This document shows positions 29,102 to 38,457 of a DNA stretch of 64,000 bases, one piece after another. The translations under genes and the position numbers were made by a program. Source of the stretch: a virus; the IMG/VR virus record IMGVR_UViG_3300042691_015921. One strand, written 5' to 3'. The number at the start of each line of letters is the position of its first letter. Position 1 is the first letter of the stretch. The notes under the pieces were generated by a model, which was not told the origin of the DNA, did no database searches, and saw nothing but the letters and a program-made list of their open reading frames with translations.

Positions 29102-29203
29102 GGATGGATGAGTGGAATCGAACCACTTCAAGGGCATTTGTTTGCCTACTTTGCTGTCGCAATTCGGAACTTCCCTCACGCTACCATTCACGCTACATCC
29201 ATC
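29102..29203 (-). ncRNA. tRNA-like RNA with acceptor, D and T arms but an expanded non-decoding anticodon domain
   Basis: GATGGATG/CATCCATC, TAGCGTGAATGGTAGCG, AGTGG-TTCGATT-CCACT; about 40-nt insert with TTGC-GACA-GCAA. Confidence 0.65.
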
Positions 29204-29273
29204 ATGCAAGGCTCGCCATCTCTAACGAGCCAAGATCGCTCTATCCACATGGGTAGATACGTCAGCCTCCGAA

Positions 29274-29350
29274 TAGGGGAAGTGGGATTCGAACCCTACG
29301 ATCTCCAGCTTATGAGGCTGGCGAGAACGACCTGACTTCTCTATTCCCCG
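29274..29350 (-). tRNA. tRNA-Met(CAU), initiator-like
   Basis: C1:U72 mismatch, A11:U24, CCAGC-CTCATAA-GCTGG; lacks the three G:C anticodon pairs; bulged T stem. Confidence 0.8.
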
Positions 29351-29362
29351 ATAATTATTATA

Positions 29363-29435
29363 GTCCCAGGTCCGAGAGTCGAACTCGGCGTGAGTACCTT
29401 ATAAGAGTACGTTGCCAACCGGTTTCCACCTGGGA
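29363..29435 (-). tRNA. tRNA-Ile(UAU) with atypical D arm
   Basis: GTACT-CTTATAA-GGTAC, CCGAG-TTCGACT-CTCGG, TCCCAGGT/ACCTGGGA. Confidence 0.7.
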
Positions 29436-29450
29436 AGTTAGTTCTTAACT

Positions 29451-29478
29451 ATTATACTCCACGTATCGTCATTGTCAA
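29451..29478 (-). promoter_or_regulatory. promoter TTGACA-N16-TATAAT driving the tRNA operon
   Basis: perfect hexamers just upstream of tRNA-Ile. Confidence 0.85.
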
Positions 29479-29679
29479 GAACTGGTCTTTAATTTTTCTC
29501 AATCGTGATTAAAAAAACATAAGTTTCCAAAATCTTCTATTGGCAAAGACTTAGGTTCAACCTTTGGTCTAGGCTTAGGTGCGTTCTCCCCAAATAAAGC
29601 TTCTGCTTCCTCTGGAGTCATAACGTAACCGTCTCTCTGTGCCTCACGAACCGCGTCTAGCATACGTTTTACACTTTCT

Positions 29680-30006
29680 TTAGTCATTAAATAATCCCTT
29701 TAGATATTCCCTAGGAGGAAGCGGACGCCAACCCTTGTATTCACGTTCAGCATCATACGGTTGCCAGTATGGAGCATCACAGGCATCCACGTTACCAAAT
29801 CCATCATCACGGTAAAAAGCGTGCGGACACAACCCTATGTATACTTCCACACCATTTTTCTTCTTGCCGGGAACGCCTCTTTCTTCATATTTATACGTTC
29901 CGGTCCACAATCCGATATTCTCTCCGAAGTAATAAACTCGTTGACCTTCTTTGGGAGGATCGGTATGAGAGTTTCGCCAGTCATTCATTATTGATACCTT
30001 TTCCAA
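29680..30006 (-). CDS. hypothetical phage protein
   Basis: W...PP..G...W.P pattern of small phage proteins. Confidence 0.55.
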   Translation of the reverse strand: MEKVSIMNDWRNSHTDPPKEGQRVYYFGENIGLWTGTYKYEERGVPGKKKNGVEVYIGLCPHAFYRDDGFGNVDACDAPYWQPYDAEREYKGWRPLPPREYLKGLFND

Positions 30007-30205
30007 GCTTCCTCAGACGGACCCTCAACAGCCTCGCACAACTCTTCCCACAAACTTTCGACTAGATTTTGGTCACAGTCAACAGCCCTAAAAGGAACGT
30101 CATAGATAGAGTCAAGAAATCTATTAACAAGACTCTTCAAGTCCGCTAGTTCCTTCCGGGAATCATCAACCTCTTGGATTGTCATCACTTTCCTCCTTTT
30201 TTCTG

Positions 30206-30233
30206 ATTCTACCACGCTACGCGAGAATGTCAA
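30206..30233 (-). promoter_or_regulatory. promoter TTGACA-N16-TAGAAT
   Basis: followed by GGAGG RBS and ATG. Confidence 0.8.
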
Positions 30234-30430
30234 TATGGGCGGCACCTATTCCTACTCCCACTCATCAGTGGTTTGGGAGGCCACATGGGTATGTCTACCT
30301 CTCTGCTGTGCTTTGCCTCGTCATACGGTAAACCGTCGCCCATAAGGTGTATTGGTAGGATTTTGAAAATGGAATCCTAAAAACCATTAGGGCAGTCATC
30401 CGCTTGGATAGCCAAGGTTCAGACCACGAT
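30234..30430 (-). ncRNA. putative promoter-driven structured RNA of about 200 nt
   Basis: no ORF; stems TATGGGCG/CGCCCATA, CTCCCA/TGGGAG, TAGGATT/AATCCTA, TTGG/CCAA. Confidence 0.45.
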
Positions 30431-30433
30431 CTT

Positions 30434-30461
30434 ATTCTACCACTGTTTATCGTCCTGTCAA
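30434..30461 (-). promoter_or_regulatory. promoter TTGACA-N16-TAGAAT
   Basis: family consensus. Confidence 0.8.
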
Positions 30462-30485
30462 GTCTGTTTCTTTAAACTTTCAAAG

Positions 30486-30557
30486 CTGTGGGAGGTGGTT
30501 CTGCCCCACCATCTTACACTTTAACAGAGTGCCGCATTACTGTTATGCTATCCCACA
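30486..30557 (-). tRNA. trnN: tRNA-Asn(GUU) with non-canonical T loop (GGCAGAA)
   Basis: TGTGGGA/TCCCACA-G, GCACT-CTGTTAA-AGTGT, GGTGG/CCACC. Confidence 0.8.
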
Positions 30558-30568
30558 AAGATATAAAA

Positions 30569-30641
30569 AGCAAGAGAAGGGAATCGAACCCTCAACTTTC
30601 AGTTTGGAAAACTGACACTCTGCCAATTGAGTTACTCTTGC
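30569..30641 (-). tRNA. trnG: tRNA-Gly(UCC)
   Basis: GCAAGAG/CTCTTGC-U73, TCAGT-TTTCCAA-ACTGA. Confidence 0.92.
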
Positions 30642-30680
30642 AAATCCTATGAAAAGATTTCTCTAATCATAGGAAAAATA

Positions 30681-30893
30681 TCAACGAACCACAGAACGAA
30701 CGCGAGAACCAACCCTACGCAGTCCATTGCGGGTTACTTCTACCGTCTTCTTTGTGACCTGAACTGGAACACGAACTACTTCCTTAGTAGCGGTAACTAC
30801 ACGGTTGCGAAGTCCACAAGTTCCATTAGCACAATCTCCAGCATTTACAGAGCCACAAGCAAGTGCAAATGCTACAACAAGAATATATCTCAT
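30681..30893 (-). CDS. small secreted Arg/Val-rich peptide (Planctomycete-style C-x-x-G-x-C)
   Basis: AGGAGG RBS, signal peptide, GDCANGTC. Confidence 0.7.
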   Translation of the reverse strand: MRYILVVAFALACGSVNAGDCANGTCGLRNRVVTATKEVVRVPVQVTKKTVEVTRNGLRRVGSRVRSVVR

Positions 30894-30924
30894 AGAATCC
30901 TCCTTTAAAAAGTAAAGTTAAAAC

Positions 30925-31088
30925 AAATGCCCGTTTGGATATCAAGGGCGGGCAACCCCCCGTCACTGTCAAGCAGCGAGTGCGTAGGTTTCTACGTCAT
31001 TTAAAATTTGTCTATTTTTAAACTGGCCTTTAGACAAACCAGTACATGCAATTATCTTTTCCATAATCAGTCGATACTTTTCACCCCC
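30925..31088 (-). ncRNA. ssrA: two-piece tmRNA, coding piece; tag ORF 30969-30998 reads (A)DVETYALAA*
   Basis: 5' GGGGGTGAAAAGTATCGAC; pk1 ACTGGTT/GGCCAGT plus TTGTCTA/TAGACAA; TAAAT then resume codon GAC; YALAA end; TGCCCG/CGGGCA 3' stem. Confidence 0.92.
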
Positions 31089-31626
31089 GATAAATTACTA
31101 TAGCCTTTGCAAATTTTATAACATCTTCATCTGAAAATTTATTTCTGGCAAAATTAAACATAACAGATACAAATCTAACATTTCCAATTATATATCCTTT
31201 ATTATTATCAATTCTGTCTAAACTAGCAGAGTTAATATTTAATGGATTTAATTTGTTATCTTGATCCTTATATGTTCTTAAATCTAAAGCAAAACCGGTA
31301 AATGGACAAGTACCATTCTGTGATTCCCAAACATCTTTTAAATGTTCTAAAGTCAAAGAATATTCTTTCTTTTTTCTTCTTTTTGCGTCTCTCAGAAACG
31401 GTTTAAATACACTATATTCATCTTGTTTTTTTGGATTATTCAAATTCCAAACGGGATAGTCCGTTCTATTACTTAATATTCTTTCAGTAGTTTCTGGACT
31501 TTTGCCATAACAAGACAAACAGCAGTAGAATTTGTCCTTTCCCGCTTTTACTTTTCTATTATACTCGCCTTTTTCTTTTTCAAATTCTTTGTTACAAGTA
31601 GCACAAACTAATTTTATTTTTGACAT
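31081..31626 (-). CDS. HNH-type (His-Me finger) homing-endonuclease-like protein within the tmRNA intervening segment
   Basis: N-terminal CxxC..CCxxC finger; QNGTCPFTG, ASLDRIDNNKGY..GNV..V...N; stop codon overlaps tmRNA nt 6-8. Confidence 0.8.
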   Translation of the reverse strand: MSKIKLVCATCNKEFEKEKGEYNRKVKAGKDKFYCCLSCYGKSPETTERILSNRTDYPVWNLNNPKKQDEYSVFKPFLRDAKRRKKKEYSLTLEHLKDVWESQNGTCPFTGFALDLRTYKDQDNKLNPLNINSASLDRIDNNKGYIIGNVRFVSVMFNFARNKFSDEDVIKFAKAIVIYRG

Positions 31627-31690
31627 TTTATCTCCTATTTAGGTTATATATTTTATTATACACCAAAAATGATGGAGATGATCAAAAAAA

Positions 31691-31755
31691 GTGGAGGTGG
31701 AGGCATTGCAGCCTCGTCCTGTGTTATTTCCGAAATAATCTCTACATGTTTAGGC
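31691..31755 (-). ncRNA. ssrA: two-piece tmRNA, acceptor piece (5' boundary approximate)
   Basis: TAAACATGTAGA...CAGGAC-GAGGC-TGCAAT-GCCTC-CACCTCC-A; pairs with GGGGGTG to give G3.U70. Confidence 0.9.
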
Positions 31756-32203
31756 TAAGTTTGAGTCAATAGCCATGACTGTACCTTTTCATTTACTGAT
31801 TTCCGTAATAGATCAATAATTCCAGAAAATTTAAGACTTGTACGATCTGGATTATATTTATCATGATATACTATAGCGAGAAGAATTTGTTCAATTTCCC
31901 ATTCAAGGTCACTCATATTATACTCCCACCAGGGTCTTATCAGTAATTTCTTCCGTCTCATTATTATAGTGGACAAAGAACGAATAACCAATCTTTTTAA
32001 TATTTAGATCCCAAGTCTTGATGTATTCTTCAATCCATACGTCAATTCTATATCGCTCAATATTATCCCTGTTCCAAAGGAAATGGCATCTAGTATTGAC
32101 AATATTTCCTAGATTATTATATCCAACTTTTGACTCTACAAACTCGCTTAACACACTGTTTGGGATCGTGTTCATTCTGTTTCTCCTTGTTGGTGATGCG
32201 TTA

Positions 32204-32231
32204 AGTATACACCATTTATCGTCCATGTCAA
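32204..32231 (-). promoter_or_regulatory. promoter TTGACA-N16-TATACT
   Basis: family consensus; nearest clear promoter upstream of the tmRNA. Confidence 0.75.
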
Positions 32232-32254
32232 GCGGAATCTTTAGGCTATCAGGC

Positions 32255-32287
32255 AAAAAAAGAGGATGACCGATTAGATCACCCTCT
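32255..32287 (-). terminator. rho-independent terminator after the DUF1559 gene
   Basis: AGAGGGTGATC-TAATC-GGTCATCCTCT-TTTTTT. Confidence 0.8.
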
Positions 32288-32315
32288 CATAATTCTATTT
32301 ATATAGAATATTTAT

Positions 32316-33272
32316 TTAATCAATTGATGTTGCCTCTCCACCACTTCTTGTGACTAATCCACAAAATACCCTTAAATCGACATCTTGAGAGATTAATCTT
32401 GTGCTACCATCGCACATAACTACTACACACCCTCCGGGATGAAAGCTGTAAAATTCTCCATCATTGCTAGCATTTATTGGCATACCGGCATTTGGTGCAG
32501 CACCTTTAAAACCATCCGGCCTAAAAGCATCTACTTTAAATGGACCAAGATTATCAGCCCAAGAAATACACTGATTAACTGATCCTTGTTCTATTTTACG
32601 CAGTCTATACACATAAGGTCTTGAAACACACTCTCCGACTAATATCGTCTTGCTAGTTCCATCCATAATTGAGGAAAGCTTAGTAACCTTATCTTTATCT
32701 AAGGCACCAACTGATGAATCTCCACCATTGATATAAATATCAGGATCTACTACTTTCTTTTTGACTCCAGTACAGACTTCATAATCAGTGCTTGCCAAAG
32801 ATAGATTTGAAATAGACGGTCTTATGCTATCACTATCTGGACTTGCTGGATAATTATTTAGTTCACCCCTAACTGCACTAGGGCAATAATAAACGCTTAC
32901 TTTTCTCATGGCAGCATTTAAATTATTCTGACTATACCAATGCTCATTCCAGTTATAACTAGATGCTAGATTTCCTTCTTCCATATATGGCATTACTAAG
33001 ACTCTCCAACTATGTTCTACTCCTGATGGATTTCCAACAGGTTTTGGATTCATTTTAGCACTAGCTACCGTATAACATGCGGCCGGTAGATAATTTCTAC
33101 TATCAGCACAATTTAAAAAAGCCAATCCAATTTGTCTTACATTGCTTGAACAATTTGTTCTATTTGCGGCCTCTCTTGCCGCCTGAACCGCCGGAAGTAA
33201 AAGTCCAACTAGTGTTCCAATAATAGCAATAACAACTAATAGTTCAACCAGTGTAAATCCACGTTTTTTCAT
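32316..33272 (-). CDS. DUF1559 domain protein with prepilin-type N-methylation site and H-X9-DG motif
   Basis: [36 protein letters not shown]...C.SN; DGTSKT; [12 protein letters not shown]. Confidence 0.93.
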   Translation of the reverse strand: MKKRGFTLVELLVVIAIIGTLVGLLLPAVQAAREAANRTNCSSNVRQIGLAFLNCADSRNYLPAACYTVASAKMNPKPVGNPSGVEHSWRVLVMPYMEEGNLASSYNWNEHWYSQNNLNAAMRKVSVYYCPSAVRGELNNYPASPDSDSIRPSISNLSLASTDYEVCTGVKKKVVDPDIYINGGDSSVGALDKDKVTKLSSIMDGTSKTILVGECVSRPYVYRLRKIEQGSVNQCISWADNLGPFKVDAFRPDGFKGAAPNAGMPINASNDGEFYSFHPGGCVVVMCDGSTRLISQDVDLRVFCGLVTRSGGEATSID

Positions 33273-34619
33273 AATCAATCCTTTTTTTAAGTTTAAAAAT
33301 ACAATTATACATTTTATGTATCCCAATAAAAGATGGCAATAATGTTAGAATTTTGTTTAATTACGGATTAAATGCATTTGGCGGGATATCCCTATCCAGA
33401 AACATCCGGCGTTCTTCTCGCAATCCGGCAATTTCTTTTCTTTGAACTCTTATTTCTCTTTTTAGCGAAGCGACATAATCATCTTCATAGATGCTAAATC
33501 CTCCACGACCAACAACTTCAACAATAGCTTTTGTTAAATGCCAAATATCTGCTGTATTATCAGAAACCTTATATAGAGAATCTAGTGTTTTACTTTTTAG
33601 TATTTCGCAGAAATATTGTAGATCGAATAGATCAGCGTCATTCAATTTTGTCATGTATGCCATTCCTCTTTTACCCGCCCAATTAATTCATTGAAAACAA
33701 CATAAGCATCAATATTTCTACATGGTGCCCAATATACTATAGCTTGATCATCCATAGCAAGTTCTGTAGAATAGCAATAATAATGCCATTGATGTATCTT
33801 TCTAATGCTTCCAATAATTGGTCTATTATCTGGCTCAAAAGACCTAAAGATAATATTGTTCGGCCTAGCGTAATAATGAAAGCCTATGAATTCATATTCA
33901 GTATCTTTTGTTTCAAAGACAATCTTGACTCTTGAAGTATCAATCATTATAAACAATTCTTCCCTTCTAGTGGATCATAAATTGAATTAGGCATAACATC
34001 CCATCGTCGCTCGTTTTTTAGGAATTTGATTACATACTGAAAGCACAAGCAGCAAATATCAATATCAAATTTGCTCCCGTCTAAAGGACTACCATATCCC
34101 CACTCCGCCTTAAGAACAGCATAATCTGGTCCAGTCATGTCAGATATTGTACAACTCTTTCCACAGATATCGCACTTAATATCATCGACAACATCTTTTA
34201 GTATCTTCATAGTTATACTCGTCTAGATTAAAGACTTGGCTCATTGTATCATGTAGTTTTGAAATATGCAACTCAAGCAAAACACTCATCCCCGAAAGCA
34301 CATTCACAATTTCATCTTGTGACAAGTCACGTTCCATAACTCCGTGTGCTACACTGTCTAGATTAGAAATAAATGAGTGTAGTTCCATAATTTCGTTTTC
34401 AAGATCAAATCTGTCCTTCATTTGTATTTCCTTTTTTTGGAATTGGTACTGAATTATTATACTTCATAATGAATACTTTTTTATCATTAGCAAATGATTC
34501 TTCACGATAATATAGGTGAATAACATTATCTACCTTAAAACCTAGTGTCTCGCGGTCTTGTTCTACGGCATAGATTCCGCCATCCATCGGTCCACCAACA
34601 CATTCTATAGTTTCATACT

Positions 34620-35180
34620 TCATTTTACAAGTACCTTAATTGCAATTTCTACGGATTTATCATAGATCTTCTTAAAAACTCTAACTACAAACTTGCCAAA
34701 ATCTACCAGTAGATCACCAAGAATATAGAATATAACTGAAAGGGGCCAGCAAAATATCCACGAACTAATTAGATGTACATTATCTAGTAGATTAAGATTC
34801 TTAATATCTCCATAGATTTTTAGTTCGTCTTCATTCCTCCAAAGACGACCGCTGATTCGCATATATTCAATATATACCTCATAGGGAGTTGTATTAGTTT
34901 TCTTAGCAATCTCTGATAGTGTTGCCCCATTTACATCTAGGAATTTCTTTGTCCACTTAAATACACTCCAAATAAATCCAACGCCAATATATGACATTAG
35001 ATATAAAATACATGACTTTGGATGCAATTGAACATAAGCTAATACATCTGGAAGATAGCCAAAAAGCCATAGTCCAGCAATTGTGCTTAATATAACGCCT
35101 AGTCCACCATCACATTCATTGTAAACTAAAAATAAAATAAAACAAACTAAAAGAATTGCCGGAAGTATTGTTAGAATCAT
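34620..35180 (-). CDS. multi-pass membrane protein
   Basis: 3-4 hydrophobic segments, W..WP motif. Confidence 0.65.
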   Translation of the reverse strand: MILTILPAILLVCFILFLVYNECDGGLGVILSTIAGLWLFGYLPDVLAYVQLHPKSCILYLMSYIGVGFIWSVFKWTKKFLDVNGATLSEIAKKTNTTPYEVYIEYMRISGRLWRNEDELKIYGDIKNLNLLDNVHLISSWIFCWPLSVIFYILGDLLVDFGKFVVRVFKKIYDKSVEIAIKVLVK

Positions 35181-35468
35181 TTTTCATTTTCCTTTTCTGT
35201 GTGTGTAAATGTCATATCGTCTATTGATCTTTGTAAAATCCACATAGACTCCCAATGTTCTGCGGCTTTTACTGGACCAACCATTAAGAAACAATGGACA
35301 ATACCCCTGATGTATTGAAGCTTATCTCTTAAGTTATGCGACTCTGATTTTTCATTATTAAGTATGGTTAATACTGTATCTGCGAACACGGCTACTGGAG
35401 CCAACTTTTCTTTCAGTTGCCCGTTAGACCAGTCATTTGTCACTTTTTCACAAAGTTGTTTTACTTCT

Positions 35469-35972
35469 TCAATTGGTGTCATAATTTTCTCTCCGCGAGT
35501 CAAAGCTTTCAATTGTCCATCCCATGCTCAGTAGATCGTTCCTAATTTCATCCGTAACAAAACTTTCTCCTACATATCCATTGTTTTTATCTATAATTCC
35601 AGAACAATACCAGTCTATGTAGTCTCCTTCTTGTCTCATATCAGCAATTATACCGCCAGCATATCTCCATGAACAACCCCACGGTTCTTCACAATCACTA
35701 TAAAAGAAATCATTATTACACATAGCGGCATATAGATTTTGAGCATAGATTTTACTTGATCTACATTTTTCTAGGATAGTTTGGTTTGATCTAAGATCGT
35801 ACTCTAGATTACAAGTTTTACTGGCCTGATCTTTACGACTCTCTTCTTGATCAAGGATATTCATCCATGAATCATAAACTTCCTTAGTCATCGTACCATC
35901 ATCATGCTGTCTTTTAAGGCTAGATTTAAAGAAATAGCCTCTATCTGGACTAGAAGAATATTCAGTTGTCAT
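35469..35972 (-). CDS. conserved phage hypothetical protein
   Basis: YAQNLYAAMCNN..CSWRYAGGIIA..DYIDWYCSG. Confidence 0.7.
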   Translation of the reverse strand: MTTEYSSSPDRGYFFKSSLKRQHDDGTMTKEVYDSWMNILDQEESRKDQASKTCNLEYDLRSNQTILEKCRSSKIYAQNLYAAMCNNDFFYSDCEEPWGCSWRYAGGIIADMRQEGDYIDWYCSGIIDKNNGYVGESFVTDEIRNDLLSMGWTIESFDSRRENYDTN

Positions 35973-36357
35973 AATAATTTTTTACCTATCTATATTAGAA
36001 TAATTAATTAGAGATATTTTATAGTCCGCATATCCTAAATCTAACAATGAACGAACATCTGCCAGAACTTCATCACAGCCGGTTGATTCTTCTTTGGTTA
36101 TTTTTTCCCAGAATTCATCACAACCTTCTGTAATCTCTATTTGAATAACATATTTTTTCATAAATATACCTCCTAATAATTATCCCTTATTCTTTCGTTA
36201 TCCCACGCTCTTTCAATAATCTCGTCAAGCTTTTCTAACTCTTCGATAGTTTTTGCCTCTTTGGCTCGCCTAATACCATCTTCGCACCAATCATCACAAC
36301 AGTTCATAACAATACGATAAGAACCGTATGAATCGATAACGCTCTCGCGGAGTTCTT

Positions 36358-36816
36358 CTAGATTTTGTTCCATAAATATTCTCCACTTTTTAGTTTAATT
36401 TTAGAGCATCCCATCTGGTTATCAAGTTCATCTATCCAAATATCCCAATTCTTTTCTACTAAAGAGATAAAGTCTGGAGTACTTCCTCTATTCTTGTATC
36501 GTTGTATATATTCGTCTTTTAATTCTCTATCTGGATACACTAGAAGAAAAGGGATATCATTATCAACAAGTGCGTCCCTAACAACTTTATGAGAAGATAC
36601 AAATATTTTATAGATAGATTCGTTTAATAAAGATGTTTGAATATGTTCGATATAATTTGCCGGGAAATATTGTTTATCAAACTTTGAACTATCACTATCT
36701 AATACCGTACCAATTTGAATATTATAGGAATAGTGTTTATTGGAATAGTATGTTTTACCTGTTCCTGGGAAGGCAGACACTACTTTTGCGTACATGCTAC
36801 TGTGTTTTATTTCCAT
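36358..36816 (-). CDS. small P-loop NTPase/kinase-like protein
   Basis: AFPGTGKT, DSDSS, RG. Confidence 0.7.
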   Translation of the reverse strand: MEIKHSSMYAKVVSAFPGTGKTYYSNKHYSYNIQIGTVLDSDSSKFDKQYFPANYIEHIQTSLLNESIYKIFVSSHKVVRDALVDNDIPFLLVYPDRELKDEYIQRYKNRGSTPDFISLVEKNWDIWIDELDNQMGCSKIKLKSGEYLWNKI

Positions 36817-37445
36817 CCTAGTGCCTCCGCTACAGTCGGGAACTGTTCACAAAAAATACTCTTACACTCATTCGCAATAATCATATGTTCTTTTTGAGTG
36901 CCATTTCCTGATCTTAGATCAATATAGTGAATCCACGATCTTACTGAGCCTTTCATATAAAGTCTAGTAGGTGTTGCAAGAGGTAGAGCAAATCTGGCAC
37001 ACTCCTTAGCAATCCCACTAGCAATCATTCCATCATAAAGACTCTTAGCCTTTGCAAAATGCTCGCGGATTTGAGTATTCCATTTAGCTTTTACTTCATC
37101 ACTAACATCATCAATACTATTTTGACGATTCTTGTGATCCTGGCTACGAAGTTCAAAAAGAGGAATATCTTCTGCTAGTAATGTTGTGTCCGCATATCTT
37201 TGAGAGAACTCTTGAAAATTGAAACTTTTATGTCTTAAAATTTGTGCGGCTAATCCCCTAGTAGTATTGATCTCAAAAATAAGATCAGCCATCTCAAATA
37301 CAGACCAATGTTTCTTATTGATACAGTATCTGAGTAGCTTGGCACAATCCTGATTGTTTTGACCTTCTGGATTTGATACTCTGGCACAATAAGCCATTAA
37401 CTTTTCAGCATCAGGAGTAACACTGACTAGTTTTACTTGAGTCAT
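36807..37445 (-). CDS. thyX: FAD-dependent thymidylate synthase
   Basis: HWSVFE, QILRHKSFNFQEFSQRY, ECARF, TQKEH. Confidence 0.96.
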   Translation of the reverse strand: MTQVKLVSVTPDAEKLMAYCARVSNPEGQNNQDCAKLLRYCINKKHWSVFEMADLIFEINTTRGLAAQILRHKSFNFQEFSQRYADTTLLAEDIPLFELRSQDHKNRQNSIDDVSDEVKAKWNTQIREHFAKAKSLYDGMIASGIAKECARFALPLATPTRLYMKGSVRSWIHYIDLRSGNGTQKEHMIIANECKSIFCEQFPTVAEALGWK

Positions 37446-37676
37446 ACTTGTTCCTCTACTATTGTTATATCAAACTCTTCTAGCGGACAGAGTTCTTCGT
37501 CCCAAAATCCGTTTCGTAATCCTAATCCTAAGATATGACCGGGTAATTTCCACTGATCAAATTCTTGAACTGTAATTCGTCGATGTTTTCGCCCCCAATC
37601 GCAAACGGTAGCGTCGAACACCTCTGTACCATCATCATACCACATTCCAGGCTTGCTGACAAACCTTACAAATTGT

Positions 37677-38015
37677 TCAGGTTTCTCTAAAGTCATAGAT
37701 TATTAACTCCATTCTTTTGGCTATATCATACATATGTCCGGTTCCTTTTCCGCCGGGAAATAAAACAACAGCATCGGCATATTTTGCCATCTGCTGGTTC
37801 CTTCTATATCCGGCTGATTTACCAAACTTTTCCCAATCTGCGGGGAATTTCTTGACTGGAATATTATTCTTCTTAGCCCACACTTCTCCAGCCGTGTCAA
37901 CTCCTCTTGCACAGCCGGATACAACTTCTGAGATTGTACCACCTAACTGATCAAGTTTTTTGAAGTCTTCATCAGTTAAGTGATAGTCTCTACCGCCAGC
38001 AATAATGGTTTTCAA
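37677..38015 (-). CDS. SLOG family (DUF2493/YspA-like) protein
   Basis: IIAGGRD, VSGCARGVD, ADWEKFGKSAGYRRN..M, GGKGT. Confidence 0.85.
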   Translation of the reverse strand: MKTIIAGGRDYHLTDEDFKKLDQLGGTISEVVSGCARGVDTAGEVWAKKNNIPVKKFPADWEKFGKSAGYRRNQQMAKYADAVVLFPGGKGTGHMYDIAKRMELIIYDFRET

Positions 38016-38457
38016 AATTCTGTTCTCTCAAATAGCAACCACTTATACTTATCCAGATCGGCAATAGGAAATGGATAAAGCTTTCCGCCATAAACATAAT
38101 CCGTACTCCAGTCTGGATTAATCATGACAAAAATATATTGTGTAACCCCACCAATATTTGCCTCAACAACTAAAATATCGCCAACTTTCAGATCATATTT
38201 CATGACAACTGCCGGCCTATTATCAACAGGGGCGGCGATAATACCATTGCTAAACATAAGAGACATACAAACAACAAAACCAGCCACAAGCTTATTCATA
38301 AACTCTCCTTTACTTGAGAAAATTCTTCATAATTCTTACAATAAGATAGCCACACACTATACTTATAATCAGACAAATTATTAACCTCGATATATCATCA
38401 TGAACAATCGATTCAATTAACGGACGATTTACTATTGTTTTCATCAATATAGAAATT

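Noticed and set aside
29108-29335. Plus-strand ORFs over RNA genes (also 51331-51729, 30627-30908)
   Set aside because: Antisense to tRNA or tRNA-like genes and real minus-strand CDSs
30260-30270. CTGATGA hammerhead-like core on the minus strand
   Set aside because: No correctly placed GAAA and stems I-III could be built
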